The notes under the pieces are model-generated. The model was given only the letters and a program-made list of their open reading frames with translations. It made no database searches and had not been told where the DNA came from. Of a stretch of 64,000 nucleotides of DNA, positions 38,828 to 49,182 are shown piece after piece. Origin of the DNA: Promethearchaeota archaeon (GTDB lineage: Archaea; Asgardarchaeota; Lokiarchaeia; Sigyniarchaeales; SOKP01); contig JBHLNF010000006.1 in assembly GCA_048937405.1 (NCBI GenBank), positions 128,001 through 192,000 on the forward strand, given 5' to 3'. Every line of letters starts with the position of its first letter. Within the stretch, counting starts at the first letter, position 1. The position numbers and the translations under genes were made by a program.

Positions 38828-39095
38828 ACTCTATAAAAATACAAAATTGTAAATATTGATATTGCATTTATCTTTATATTTTATTTAAGTCTTTTTGTTT
38901 TCTTTCTTTAAAAACAATAATTTTAGGAAGATTTCTTCAATGAAATATGATATTAATTTAAACTAATAGAGAAATTTGTCTTAAGAATTAGAGCATTCTT
39001 AAGATTACAGAGTTTTAATTATATTGATTTTTTTTACAGTTAGTCTGATTGAAATCGTATTTTTTCTAATAAAAACAAAAAATAACGAAGAAAAA

Positions 39096-40076
39096 TTAAA
39101 TTTTAACTAATAATTTTACAAAATTCCTTCCAGTAGCTTTTAGAAATTTCTCGAAAACCTTTTGTAAGTCTTTTAATTGAACAACATCAGAAATAAATTC
39201 ACTTGCATCTACTTTTCCCTTTGCAAATAAATCGATCGCAGCTAGAATATCATCTCGATCGTGACCTAAACTTCCTTTCAAAGTTACCTCTTTAGAATTT
39301 AACATGAATACAGGAAATGTTATAGTTCCTTTATGTACACCCTCTAATAAAATAGTCCCTCCTTTTTTAATAAAGTATACCGCATTGGAAAGTGTTTCTT
39401 CATTTGCCACACAATCAAAAATAAATGTTGGTATACCAAGATTTTTTGTTATTTTTTTTATTTTGGCTCTGCTTGTACCAACTGCATCTGTTGCACCTAT
39501 TTCAATTGCTTTATTGCGTAGAAATTCTTGGGGCTCAACCACAATTACATAATTGGGATCTTTTTCAATTAAGACTGATTTTAAAGCTACTAATCCTACA
39601 TTTCCTCCTCCAATGATGAGAATATTTTCATTTTTTTCAATTCTCGATAATTTAAACGCTCGCATTATTAACGCAAATGTTTCAATCATTACCGCATCTT
39701 TAGTAGATACATTTTCAGGAAGAGGAAATATTGATACTTTAGGTACTTTTACATACTCAGCAAATCCTCCATCTTGAAACATTCCTAAACCATTTAAACT
39801 ACCTTGAGTAACATCAAGCGCAACATTAACGCAGAGAACTTTATCTCCTACTTTTGCTTCAGAAAAATTCTCACCAATTTCTACAATTTCTCCTGTAATT
39901 TCATGCCCTCCTATTATGGGCATTTTATATAATTTATATTTAAAATGAGTTATATCACTCCCACAGATTCCACAATAATGGACTCTAACTAGAGCTTCAT
40001 CTGGACCAGGAATTGGTTTAGGATAATCTTCCTTATATATTATTTTTTTAACATCTTCAATAACTGCTGCTTTCAT
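39096..40076 (-). CDS. Zinc-dependent medium-chain dehydrogenase
   Basis: CGICGSD, GHE..G, GGFAEY, IGGGNVG; structural-Zn Cys loop absent. Confidence 0.9.
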   Translation of the reverse strand: MKAAVIEDVKKIIYKEDYPKPIPGPDEALVRVHYCGICGSDITHFKYKLYKMPIIGGHEITGEIVEIGENFSEAKVGDKVLCVNVALDVTQGSLNGLGMFQDGGFAEYVKVPKVSIFPLPENVSTKDAVMIETFALIMRAFKLSRIEKNENILIIGGGNVGLVALKSVLIEKDPNYVIVVEPQEFLRNKAIEIGATDAVGTSRAKIKKITKNLGIPTFIFDCVANEETLSNAVYFIKKGGTILLEGVHKGTITFPVFMLNSKEVTLKGSLGHDRDDILAAIDLFAKGKVDASEFISDVVQLKDLQKVFEKFLKATGRNFVKLLVKI

Positions 40077-40138
40077 AGATTTTTCACATCTTTATGTATT
40101 TTTTAATATTAATTAAAGATTACTAATTAAAATTAAAA

Positions 40139-40257
40139 AAAGAACAAAAGGAATATTAATTCAATCTCTTTGATTAAATTAAGAGGGAGAATTAGATCAT
40201 CTTTCAATGAGGGGCGAAGTCTAATGATGATTGAATTTAGTTCCTTTTGATTTTCTT
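40139..40257 (+). ncRNA. Candidate structured RNA (nested helices with a multibranch junction)
   Basis: CAAAAGGAA/TTCCTTTTG, AATTCAATC/GATTGAATT, CTCTT/AAGAG and ATTAGA/TCTAAT nested pairings in an intergenic region. Confidence 0.4.
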
Positions 40258-40356
40258 ATACAATATCGTATAAATAGGTTAATGCAATTTTTGCATTTTA
40301 TTTTATATAAGTATAATATTTTAATATCTTAGGATTTATCAATGGAATAGAAGAAG

Positions 40357-41160
40357 ATGAATTTAACAGAGGATCAGATTGATAGATATTCTCGTCAAAT
40401 TGTTCTCAAGGAAATTGGGGGAATTGGACAAAAAAAATTATTGAATTCAAAAGTTTCTTTAATTGGATTGGGGGCACTTGGATCACCTGCTGCATATTAT
40501 TTAGTAGCTGCAGGAATTGGTTATTTAAAAGTGATTGATTATGATTTAGTCGAACCTTCAAATTTACATAGGCAGATTCTCCATTTCACAAAAGATATTA
40601 ATCGAAAAAAAACAGAGAGTGCCATTGAAAAACTAAATCTTTTAAATCCAGATTGTAATATTGAGGTTATTTCAGATAAGATTACCCCTCTAAATGCTAA
40701 AAAAATTATCAAAGGATCTGATTTTGTGATAGAAGGCTCTGACAACTTTCCTACCAAAGTGTTAGTTAATGATACATGTATCTCTTTACAGATCCCATTT
40801 ACTATAGCAGGTGTATTAAGATTCAATGGACAAATTATGACAACGGTTCCTGAGAAAAAAACTGCCTGTTATAGATGTATTTTTGGTGAAGTATCTAGTG
40901 CTGGTACAGGAATGTCATGTTCAGAAGCAGGAGTTATTGGATTAATTCCAGGAATCCTAGGTTGTATTGAAGCAAATGAAGCTATTAAATGTATTCTGAA
41001 TGTGGGGGATTTAATCACAAATAAGATATTGTATGTGGATCTCTTACGAAATACGTTTAATTTTATTGATATTTACAGAGATGAAAATTGTATTGCATGT
41101 GGAGAAAATGCAGTAGATTTAGTTGGTACCTATAACTATAGGATAGAAGATATATGCTAG
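40357..41160 (+). CDS. moeB: MoeB/ThiF/UbaA E1-like adenylyltransferase
   Basis: RYSRQIVL, GLGALGS, SNLHRQ, CYRC, SCSEAGV, CIAC. Confidence 0.93.
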   Translation: MNLTEDQIDRYSRQIVLKEIGGIGQKKLLNSKVSLIGLGALGSPAAYYLVAAGIGYLKVIDYDLVEPSNLHRQILHFTKDINRKKTESAIEKLNLLNPDCNIEVISDKITPLNAKKIIKGSDFVIEGSDNFPTKVLVNDTCISLQIPFTIAGVLRFNGQIMTTVPEKKTACYRCIFGEVSSAGTGMSCSEAGVIGLIPGILGCIEANEAIKCILNVGDLITNKILYVDLLRNTFNFIDIYRDENCIACGENAVDLVGTYNYRIEDIC

Positions 41161-41181
41161 TAAAAAGTTCAAAAAAAAGAT

Positions 41182-41424
41182 TTGATAATTATGTTAAAAA
41201 AACTGGATATTAAAGGTAAAGTATGCCCTATGACATTTGTCTATACTAAATTAACTCTTGAAGAATTGAATCAAGGTGATATTTTAGAAGTTATTTTAGA
41301 TTTTCCTCCTGCAGCAAAAAGTATATCAAAAAATTGCATTCGTCAAAACCTCGCAGAGTTAATAGAAAAAAAAGAACTTGAACCAGAAGAAGGTATATGG
41401 CTTCTGAAACTAAAGAAGCTTTAA
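41182..41424 (+). CDS. tusA: TusA/SirA-family sulfur carrier
   Basis: LDIKGKVCPM..LEVILD. Confidence 0.9.
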   Translation: MIIMLKKLDIKGKVCPMTFVYTKLTLEELNQGDILEVILDFPPAAKSISKNCIRQNLAELIEKKELEPEEGIWLLKLKKL

Positions 41425-41443
41425 AAATCAATATTTAATTCAA

Positions 41444-42460
41444 ATGAGATATACTAACGATATCCTCCTAGGACTTGGATTAATTTCCGGAGGATTGGAT
41501 AGTTTAATTGCTTCTTTAATACTGAAATTACAAGATATTGAAATTGTGGGACTTAATTTTAAATCACCATTTTGTAATTGTGATAAAGCCTTAAAAAATT
41601 CAGAATGTGGTCTAAATTTATATTATGAAAAATTAGGAATTACAACTTATTATCAATATAAGAAAGAAGATTATCTAGATATAATTCGCAATCCAATATA
41701 TGGTTATGGGAGAAATTTAAATCCATGTATCGATTGCAGAATATATATATTAAAAAAAGCCAATAAATTTGCAAAAAAAATTAAAGCTGATTTTATTTTT
41801 ACAGGAGAAGTTTTAAATCAAAGACCTAAATCTCAAAATAGGCGAGCTTTAAAGATCGTAGAACGTGAAGCAGGTCTAAAAGGAAAATTGCTAAGACCTT
41901 TGTCTGCTTTATTGTTGGAACCAACTATTCTTGAAAAACAAGGCTATATTGAAAGATCTAAATTATTAGGTATCAATGGACGAAGTAGAAAGATTCAACT
42001 CGAAATTGCTCAGAAATATGGATTATTAAATTCATATTATGCATGTGGTGGATGTTTATTAACTGATAAAGGATTTTCGAATCGAATGAAAGATTTTATT
42101 AAATATCATGGGAAACTTAAAATGAAGGATGTGAAAATTCTAAAATATGGACGTCATTTTAGATATAATCAATCAAAAATTATAGTAGGAAGAAATGAGT
42201 TAGAAAATAAGTTATTACTTCAATTGAAATATAATAATGATTTAATAATGCAAGCTGAAAAGGTGTCAGGTCCAATTACTATAATTCAAGGAAAAAGAGA
42301 TAATGAAGTAATGAAGTTTGCCGCGGAACTAACTTTAAGATATTCAGATAACACTGATACTAATGGAAGAATTGTTTATGGTACAAAGATACATTCCTTA
42401 AATAATTTCATCAATGTTGATAAAATTAAGAAGGAAAAAATAAAACAATATATTTTATGA
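41444..42460 (+). CDS. ThiI/MnmA-like PP-loop tRNA thiolation protein with C-terminal DUF814-like domain
   Basis: ISGGLDS, NPCIDCR, TGEVLNQRP, LLRPLSA, GGCLLT, GRHFR, VGRNE.EN. Confidence 0.85.
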   Translation: MRYTNDILLGLGLISGGLDSLIASLILKLQDIEIVGLNFKSPFCNCDKALKNSECGLNLYYEKLGITTYYQYKKEDYLDIIRNPIYGYGRNLNPCIDCRIYILKKANKFAKKIKADFIFTGEVLNQRPKSQNRRALKIVEREAGLKGKLLRPLSALLLEPTILEKQGYIERSKLLGINGRSRKIQLEIAQKYGLLNSYYACGGCLLTDKGFSNRMKDFIKYHGKLKMKDVKILKYGRHFRYNQSKIIVGRNELENKLLLQLKYNNDLIMQAEKVSGPITIIQGKRDNEVMKFAAELTLRYSDNTDTNGRIVYGTKIHSLNNFINVDKIKKEKIKQYIL

Positions 42461-42525
42461 AATGAGAATGGAAAATTAATTTATTATGTATTATATTTAT
42501 TTTTTAGCTTTTATTTGTGTTTTTA

Positions 42526-44163
42526 TTATTTTAATTGGTTTAATCCGTTTTCAAGGCTTTTTATAATTAAGTCAATTTTTTCTACCCCAACTGAAATTCT
42601 CATTAAATAGAAATCAAAACCCAATCGTTCTAATTCTTTTTCTGAGTCATCATAATGCGCCATCATAACATAGGGGGATAATAAGGTTTTTTCGGACCCC
42701 AAACTTGGTCCTTTTAAAATTGGAGGTAGAATGTTATCATAAAATTTCATTGCATTCTCTTCTGAAGAATCTTTTAATACAAAACTTAATAGTCCTCCAC
42801 CGGCTCTTAAATATTTTTCCTTCAGTTCACGATTCGGATTATTTCTAAGACTAGGATAATATACTTTTTCAACAGATTCGTGGTTATTTAGAAAATTAGC
42901 GATGATTTCAGCATTTCTATTTATTTTTACCATTCTTTCTTCAAAAGATTTTATATTTCGGTTAAGTGTTTTTATATCATTGATGTGCATCTTTAATTGG
43001 AGCAGATTATTTAATCTTTTAATGTTATCACCAATCCTTTCATTATTAGTTAAAACCGTACCTCCAATATGATTATTTTTTCCACTTAGAAATTTGGTCG
43101 TACTATGAACAACGACGTCCACGTCATAATCAAATGGATTAAAATTATAAGGAGTGGCAATTGTATTATCCACTAATACTTTTGATCCATGAGAGTGTGC
43201 AATACTAACTATTTTACTAATGTCTACAAGCTGAATTAAAGGATTGCTAGGAACTTCGATAATAACAGCAGTTACTTCATCATCAATATACTTTTGAAAA
43301 TTATTCTCAATATCTGTTCTTATAAATATTGGTTTTTTAAGTCCAAATTTTTTTGGCCATTTCTCTAAAATTCGTAAAGTATCAACGTATAACGAACCTA
43401 ATAAGATGAATTTTGGTCTTTCTACTGACATTAGGGAAAAAATAGACGAAAATACAGCAGCCATACCTGAAGAATACAAATAACAATGATTTGATTTCAA
43501 GTGTTCGAGTTTTGAAATGGTGGATTTAAGTTTATATTCAAGTTCCGCTTCTTTTTGCTTATTGATATAAACTTTTAAAAATTTACGAGAACTTACATTG
43601 AAACCACAATGTCTTCTCAGTGTTTTTAGTATTTTGTATCTAGAACTAAAAATTAATATAATCCCAATATCAAATGTTATTTCATTTATAATTATAATGC
43701 TGAATGTTATTGAATCTATTAGTTCAGAAAGATCTTTTTCGTTGAAGATCCCTATAACAATTTTGTTTTCAATGAAATCTTCTAAGTTACTGATAAAAAT
43801 TACCTCCGCTTCATTTGGATCAACTTCGATAATAATATCAGGAAATTTTTCTTTGAAATAAATAGAAAGAATCTTAGTTAACTTATCATCAATAAAGATT
43901 TTACAACCTTTTTGGTAGAAATAATCAAATACTAAAAATATAGCACTCTCAAAACTATGGCAACTAATCGATTCAAACGATTTGTATTTTTTTTTATATT
44001 TCAATTCAAGAATTTTTACGGTAGGATGACTAACAAAGCGGGGATAACCTTGATTAATATATATGTTTCCTTCTTCATAATCAATGACATCTTGAAGTTT
44101 AGGAAATACTGCAGAAATCCCATGAAAACCACCTATTGTTTTAAGATATTTTAATTCTGGCAA
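42526..44163 (-). CDS. Cystathionine gamma-synthase-like PLP enzyme with N-terminal extension (Str2-like)
   Basis: GYPRF, YSSGMAAV, EVPSNP, VDNT, HSTTKFLSG, KGPSLG, RISVG. Confidence 0.82.
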   Translation of the reverse strand: MPELKYLKTIGGFHGISAVFPKLQDVIDYEEGNIYINQGYPRFVSHPTVKILELKYKKKYKSFESISCHSFESAIFLVFDYFYQKGCKIFIDDKLTKILSIYFKEKFPDIIIEVDPNEAEVIFISNLEDFIENKIVIGIFNEKDLSELIDSITFSIIIINEITFDIGIILIFSSRYKILKTLRRHCGFNVSSRKFLKVYINKQKEAELEYKLKSTISKLEHLKSNHCYLYSSGMAAVFSSIFSLMSVERPKFILLGSLYVDTLRILEKWPKKFGLKKPIFIRTDIENNFQKYIDDEVTAVIIEVPSNPLIQLVDISKIVSIAHSHGSKVLVDNTIATPYNFNPFDYDVDVVVHSTTKFLSGKNNHIGGTVLTNNERIGDNIKRLNNLLQLKMHINDIKTLNRNIKSFEERMVKINRNAEIIANFLNNHESVEKVYYPSLRNNPNRELKEKYLRAGGGLLSFVLKDSSEENAMKFYDNILPPILKGPSLGSEKTLLSPYVMMAHYDDSEKELERLGFDFYLMRISVGVEKIDLIIKSLENGLNQLK

Positions 44164-44176
44164 TTTTATTTTTTTT

Positions 44177-45349
44177 TTATCTTTTTTGGTTTAATTTTAG
44201 GATTGAAATTGTTTCTTCAATGTCATCTTCATTATTGTAATAGTTGAAAGCAAACCTTAGAAGAGTCTTTTTTTTTGTTTTAGGATAGTTTCTAAGTGAA
44301 AATTGGATATTTTTTGCTGAAAGGTCGGAAAATATTGACTCTGCATTTTCACTCTCAAGTGTAATTATACCTGAGCGATATTCTATATCTAAAGGAGTAA
44401 TAATTTTGAAACTTGTCTCTTTAAGTTGCTCTATGAAATTCTGTGTGAGATTAATTATTCTTTTTTGTATTTGTTTAATGCCTTCTCTAATATTACCATT
44501 TCCAATCTCCTTTATTAATAGAAGGTTAGCTTTTAAAGCAAAAATTGAAGCAAAATTTGGGGTACCTCCTAAACCGTCCATGGTTTTTGTTTGATTAATG
44601 AAATTAAGATTATCATTATCCATTGAATATGAATCTTTGACACTTAGCCAACTTAAAAAAGATAAACCTTCCCTAGGAATAAGTCTATCATTGAAATATA
44701 AAATTCCCAAACCATATCCGCTACAGGCCCATTTCAAACCAGATGCTACTAAAATATCAATCTTCTCTTGGGTTGTATCAATAGGAAAAGCGCCAAATGA
44801 TTGGGTAGCATTTATTATACTAATATATTTATTTTTTTTACAAAAATTTCCTAATACGCCTAAATTTTGTTTAAAACCAGTTAGATATTGAACATGACTA
44901 TGGATAACATATTTTGTATCTTCCTTAATATAATTAGAAATTTTATCTAAGGGATATGTATTATCAAATTCTAAAGGAAATTTATCACATCCAAACCCTA
45001 ATTTTTTAAAAATCAGTATTGATGTGGGAAATTCACCCTCAGGATATATTATTCTACCTTTTTCAAGTATATGAGCAATTACATTCATTCCAGAGGAAGT
45101 ATTTATAAGAAAAGCAACTTCATGGGGTTTACAATTAATATAATCAGCAATTAGCTGCCTTGTGAATTCAATATCATCAAGATATTGATCCCAAAATAAA
45201 TCTCCAACCATATATAATCCATTAAGATATTTTAAAGAAGCATCATATCCTGCTTTACTCATTGGAGACCCTCCAGCTGCTTTTAAATATATTGAATTTT
45301 CAAGTGCAGGAAACTGTTCCTTTCTTATTTTATTCCAATTTACATTCAT
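44177..45349 (-). CDS. Class V aminotransferase / cysteine desulfurase-like protein
   Basis: RKEQFP..IYL, NTSSG, EFPT, NATQS, SGLKW, GTPN. Confidence 0.85.
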   Translation of the reverse strand: MNVNWNKIRKEQFPALENSIYLKAAGGSPMSKAGYDASLKYLNGLYMVGDLFWDQYLDDIEFTRQLIADYINCKPHEVAFLINTSSGMNVIAHILEKGRIIYPEGEFPTSILIFKKLGFGCDKFPLEFDNTYPLDKISNYIKEDTKYVIHSHVQYLTGFKQNLGVLGNFCKKNKYISIINATQSFGAFPIDTTQEKIDILVASGLKWACSGYGLGILYFNDRLIPREGLSFLSWLSVKDSYSMDNDNLNFINQTKTMDGLGGTPNFASIFALKANLLLIKEIGNGNIREGIKQIQKRIINLTQNFIEQLKETSFKIITPLDIEYRSGIITLESENAESIFSDLSAKNIQFSLRNYPKTKKKTLLRFAFNYYNNEDDIEETISILKLNQKR

Positions 45350-45374
45350 AATAATGATTAATTTTATCTTACTA

Positions 45375-45965
45375 TTAATTACTTTTTAAAATAAAAATTG
45401 CTGTTCTACTGAAAAGATTTGGAAAAATGTTAGTAAGATTGAATCGTCTTTTAGGAAGATATATCTTGGAGGAAATATTAAATCCTTTTTTCTTACAGAG
45501 TTCTAGGAATGATTTTACTGTTAAAAGCTGTTGCTTTTTCCCATTAATAATTGACCTCCCATTTTTAGAACTTTTTATTCTGCCTTTAAAGAGAAAAGAT
45601 ACGCGATTTCTCCAATTAGCTAAATTTTCAAAACTAATAAAAGAATGTTCACCGACTCTTAACATTTCTTTTATGAGATTATCAGGTGATGATATATATT
45701 CTAATGTTTGACTTAAGATGATGTAATCAAATGATTTATTTTGAAAATCCTTTAAACCCTCATTTAAATCTTCTTGTATCACAGAGAGTCCTTTTTCTAG
45801 GCAACTTTTAATACAATCAATAGAAATCTCAATTCCTAATCCTTTTACTTTTTTTTCTTTAACCAATTCATAAAGTAATTGACCATCTCCGCAACCTAAA
45901 TCCAATACTCTGCTTGATAGAGTAATATATTCGCATATAATTTGTAGATCTTTTCTTTTTAGCAT
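45375..45965 (-). CDS. metW: Methionine biosynthesis protein MetW
   Basis: RVLDLGCGDG, GLSVIQEDL..GL, FDYIILSQTL; directly downstream of metX. Confidence 0.9.
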   Translation of the reverse strand: MLKRKDLQIICEYITLSSRVLDLGCGDGQLLYELVKEKKVKGLGIEISIDCIKSCLEKGLSVIQEDLNEGLKDFQNKSFDYIILSQTLEYISSPDNLIKEMLRVGEHSFISFENLANWRNRVSFLFKGRIKSSKNGRSIINGKKQQLLTVKSFLELCKKKGFNISSKIYLPKRRFNLTNIFPNLFSRTAIFILKSN

Positions 45966-45978
45966 AATCTAAATTAAT

Positions 45979-47106
45979 TCAAATCTCAAGGTTTTTTAAA
46001 AAATTTGAAACTACTTCACGTAAATCTTTACAATCTATTAAAAACGAATCATGCCCATAATTAACATCTATCTCTACAAAACTAACATCTAATGAATTTG
46101 ATTTTAAAGCAAAAACTATTTCCTTCGATTGACTTGTGGGATATAACCAATCAGAAGAAAAGGAGATTACCAAGAATTTGTTTTTCTTTAGGTGTGAAAA
46201 TGTTGGAATTAGATTTCCATTTTGGCGAATATCGAAATAATCAATTGCTTTCGTAATATACAAATAAGAATTTGCGTCAAAACGTTTAGTGAAGGCTGTC
46301 CCCTTATATTGCAAATAACTTTCGACTTCAAATTCTTCAGTAAATTGAAAAAGTAATTTTGGATTATGTTGTAAAGATCGTCCGAATTTTTCTCTCATAA
46401 TATCCTCACTTAAATAAGTAATATGTCCAATTTCTCTTGCTAATCTTAATCCTTTATTTGGTGCATATCCTGAATAATAATTTCCATTATTCCAAAAAGG
46501 ATCTGAATAAATTGCTTGTCTTTGTACTTCATTAAATGCAATATTTAAGGTAGTCGCATGCGCTGCTGTGGCCATTGGAATTGCAGATAAGGTTATTTCT
46601 GGATAATTAATAATCCAATCCAGAACTTGCATACCACCCATGCTACTCCCTGTTACTGTCAATAATTTTTGAACACCTAAATAGTCTATTAACATTTTTA
46701 CTGCTCTTACTATATCATGGATTGTGATGATAGGAAAATCTAGACCATATCTTTTTCCATTTAATGGATTGAGGGAATTTGGTCCAGTAGAACCATAACA
46801 ACTACCTAAAATGTTCGCACAAATTATAAAATATTTGTTTGTGTCAAATGGTTTATTAGGTCCAACCATTTCATCCCACCAACCACCAATCTCGCTATTT
46901 GCTTTGAAAACATGTGAACTACCGGACAAAGCATGAAAAATTAAAATGGCGTTTGATTTAATAGTATTTAAATGTCCATAGGTTTCATAAGCTAATTGAA
47001 ATTTAGGTAATATTTTTCCCGATTCGAGATTAAAGATCTTAACATATTTAAAATACTTTAAATCAGGTATTTTATTTAAAATATCTTCAAACAGCTTATT
47101 TGTCAC
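45979..47106 (-). CDS. metX: Homoserine O-acetyltransferase
   Basis: AYETYG, HALSG, GWW, GSSMGG, FDANSY, GHDSFL. Confidence 0.93.
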   Translation of the reverse strand: MTNKLFEDILNKIPDLKYFKYVKIFNLESGKILPKFQLAYETYGHLNTIKSNAILIFHALSGSSHVFKANSEIGGWWDEMVGPNKPFDTNKYFIICANILGSCYGSTGPNSLNPLNGKRYGLDFPIITIHDIVRAVKMLIDYLGVQKLLTVTGSSMGGMQVLDWIINYPEITLSAIPMATAAHATTLNIAFNEVQRQAIYSDPFWNNGNYYSGYAPNKGLRLAREIGHITYLSEDIMREKFGRSLQHNPKLLFQFTEEFEVESYLQYKGTAFTKRFDANSYLYITKAIDYFDIRQNGNLIPTFSHLKKNKFLVISFSSDWLYPTSQSKEIVFALKSNSLDVSFVEIDVNYGHDSFLIDCKDLREVVSNFLKNLEI

Positions 47107-47198
47107 CTTTTAATCTAAGATTAGGATTTAAGTATGAGTGAAATTGATATAAATTATTATAGCCTAGTGTTTTATTTAAAAAATAAAAAAACTAAGGT

Positions 47199-48128
47199 TT
47201 AAGCTTCGAATAAATTGGTTGTAAGATATCTTTCTCCTGTATCCGGTAAAATTACGACAATATTTTGCCCTTCATTAAAATCTTTTGATACTATATATAT
47301 AGTAGCCCATACTGCGGCACCAGCAGAAACTCCTGCAAATATTCCTTCCAGTTTAGCTAAGTTTCTTGATGTTTCTACTGCGTTTTCATATTCGACTTGA
47401 ATAACTTTGTCGTATATTTTAGTATTAAGCACATCTGGTACAAATCCTGCTCCAATCCCTTGGATCTTATGAGGTCCTGGAGTACCTCCAGATAATACTG
47501 GTGAATCTTTGGGTTCTACAGCATAAATTTTTACATGGTCCCCAACTTTTTGTTTTAAGACTTCTCCAACACCAGTAATTGTTCCACCAGTTCCAATCCC
47601 TGAGACAAATGCATCTATTTTACCATCAAGATCTCTAATAATTTCCTCAGCTGTTGTTTTTCGATGTATTTCAGGATTCGCTAAGTTTTTAAATTGTTGA
47701 GGTATGAAGACCTTATCATTATCTTGGGCGAGTTCCTCGGCTTTACTAATCGCACCTTTCATCCCTCCTGAGGCAGGTGTTAATACCAACTCAGCCCCAT
47801 ATGCGTTTAGAATTTTCCGTCTTTCTACAGACATGCTCTCTGGCATTGTAAGTATCAATCTATATCCTTTTACTGCACATACTAAAGCTAAACCAATACC
47901 TGTATTCCCAGATGTAGGTTCAACTATCGTTGTTTCATTATTAATTATTCCGGCTTTTTCTGCTACTTCGATCATTGCCATACAGATTCTATCTTTAACA
48001 CTAGCACCTGGATTAAATGCTTCAACCTTTGCATAAATGTTAGGTTTTATATTTTCAGTACTTCTATTCAATTTTACTAACGGAGTATTTCCAATTGTTT
48101 CAATAATATTATTATAAGTTTTTTCCAT
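47199..48128 (-). CDS. cysK: Cysteine synthase A
   Basis: IGNTPLV, SVKDRI, EPTSGNTG, GTGGT, PHKIQGIGAG, DTGERY. Confidence 0.96.
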   Translation of the reverse strand: MEKTYNNIIETIGNTPLVKLNRSTENIKPNIYAKVEAFNPGASVKDRICMAMIEVAEKAGIINNETTIVEPTSGNTGIGLALVCAVKGYRLILTMPESMSVERRKILNAYGAELVLTPASGGMKGAISKAEELAQDNDKVFIPQQFKNLANPEIHRKTTAEEIIRDLDGKIDAFVSGIGTGGTITGVGEVLKQKVGDHVKIYAVEPKDSPVLSGGTPGPHKIQGIGAGFVPDVLNTKIYDKVIQVEYENAVETSRNLAKLEGIFAGVSAGAAVWATIYIVSKDFNEGQNIVVILPDTGERYLTTNLFEA

Positions 48129-48274
48129 ATATTCATCACTTAATTTTAATAATTTTATTCAAATCTTTCAATGTCTAGTCAAGAAGACAAGATTTATAAA
48201 TCTTACTTTTTTATTTTAAATCTTACTTTTATTTATTAATCGAATCTCTAAAAAAACTAAATTCGTATTTTTCT

Positions 48275-48688
48275 ATGAAGTTATTTTCTGAAAAAATAAA
48301 ATATGGCCTTGCTGCACTATTTGAATTAGCTAAAAATTATAATAAAGGCCCAGTAAAAATTGAAGATATAGCAATATCGCAAAATATACCCCAGAATTAC
48401 CTAGAGCATTTATTAATTAAATTAAAAAATGCAGACTTGGTCGATAGTATAAGAGGTAAAAAAGGGGGTTATCAACTAAAACGTACTGCAGATTCTATAA
48501 CAGTACTCGATCTATTAATAGGTTTAGAAGGTAAAATATCAACGTTCGATCGTTTTGGGACCTCTGAAGTTTTAAGAGACTATTGGAAAGGTATTGAAGA
48601 TAAATTTAGTGAATTGTTTTATACTACTTTAGAAGATCTCATAAACGAAGAAAATAAAATTCATAATCGCTTATTTTTTCAAATTTAA
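48275..48688 (+). CDS. Rrf2-family regulator, CymR-like (no Fe-S Cys)
   Basis: KYGLAAL.ELA, IPQNYLE, SIRGKKGGY; contains no Cys; ends LFFQI; divergent from cysK. Confidence 0.85.
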   Translation: MKLFSEKIKYGLAALFELAKNYNKGPVKIEDIAISQNIPQNYLEHLLIKLKNADLVDSIRGKKGGYQLKRTADSITVLDLLIGLEGKISTFDRFGTSEVLRDYWKGIEDKFSELFYTTLEDLINEENKIHNRLFFQI

Positions 48689-48696
48689 AAATAGCC

Positions 48697-48751
48697 AATT
48701 TCAGTAATTTGTGTACAAGTATGATCTGAATTTTTCTGTAACACTGAAATT
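48697..48751. terminator. Inverted repeat between the convergent rrf2 and iscU genes
   Basis: AATTTCAGT...ACTGAAATT. Confidence 0.3.
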
Positions 48752-48774
48752 AGTTTAAATTAATTATTAAACTA

Positions 48775-49164
48775 TTATTTCTGATTTAATTTATATATCC
48801 TGATAGCTTCATGAAGTCCATCTGCTGCAAGATTTGAACAATGCATTTTTATAGGAGGTAAACCATCCAATGCATCTGCTACATCCTTTCTAGTTATATT
48901 CATTGCATCATCTAATTTTTTTCCTTTTGCTAGTTCTGTTATCATAGATGATGTTGCAATCGCAGCAGCACATCCAAATGTTTGGAAAGATATATCTTCT
49001 ATCTTATTCTTTTTTACTTTAATATATATATGCATAAGATCTCCACATACAGGATTTCCAACAATTCCTACTGCATCAGCATCCTCCATTTCACACATAT
49101 TTTTAGGGTCTTTAAAATGTTCCATTACTTTTTCAGAGTACATATTATGACCTTTCTCACTCAA
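48775..49164 (-). CDS. iscU: Fe-S scaffold IscU/NifU-N
   Basis: YSEKVMEHF..P.N, GNPVCGD, FGCAAAIA, LPPIKMHCS. Confidence 0.95.
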   Translation of the reverse strand: MSEKGHNMYSEKVMEHFKDPKNMCEMEDADAVGIVGNPVCGDLMHIYIKVKKNKIEDISFQTFGCAAAIATSSMITELAKGKKLDDAMNITRKDVADALDGLPPIKMHCSNLAADGLHEAIRIYKLNQK

Positions 49165-49182
49165 TAAATTATTATATTTGAT

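Noticed and set aside
40224-40250. C/D box sRNA (ATGATGA box C)
   Set aside because: No CTGA box D at a suitable distance; the motif is buried in a longer helix
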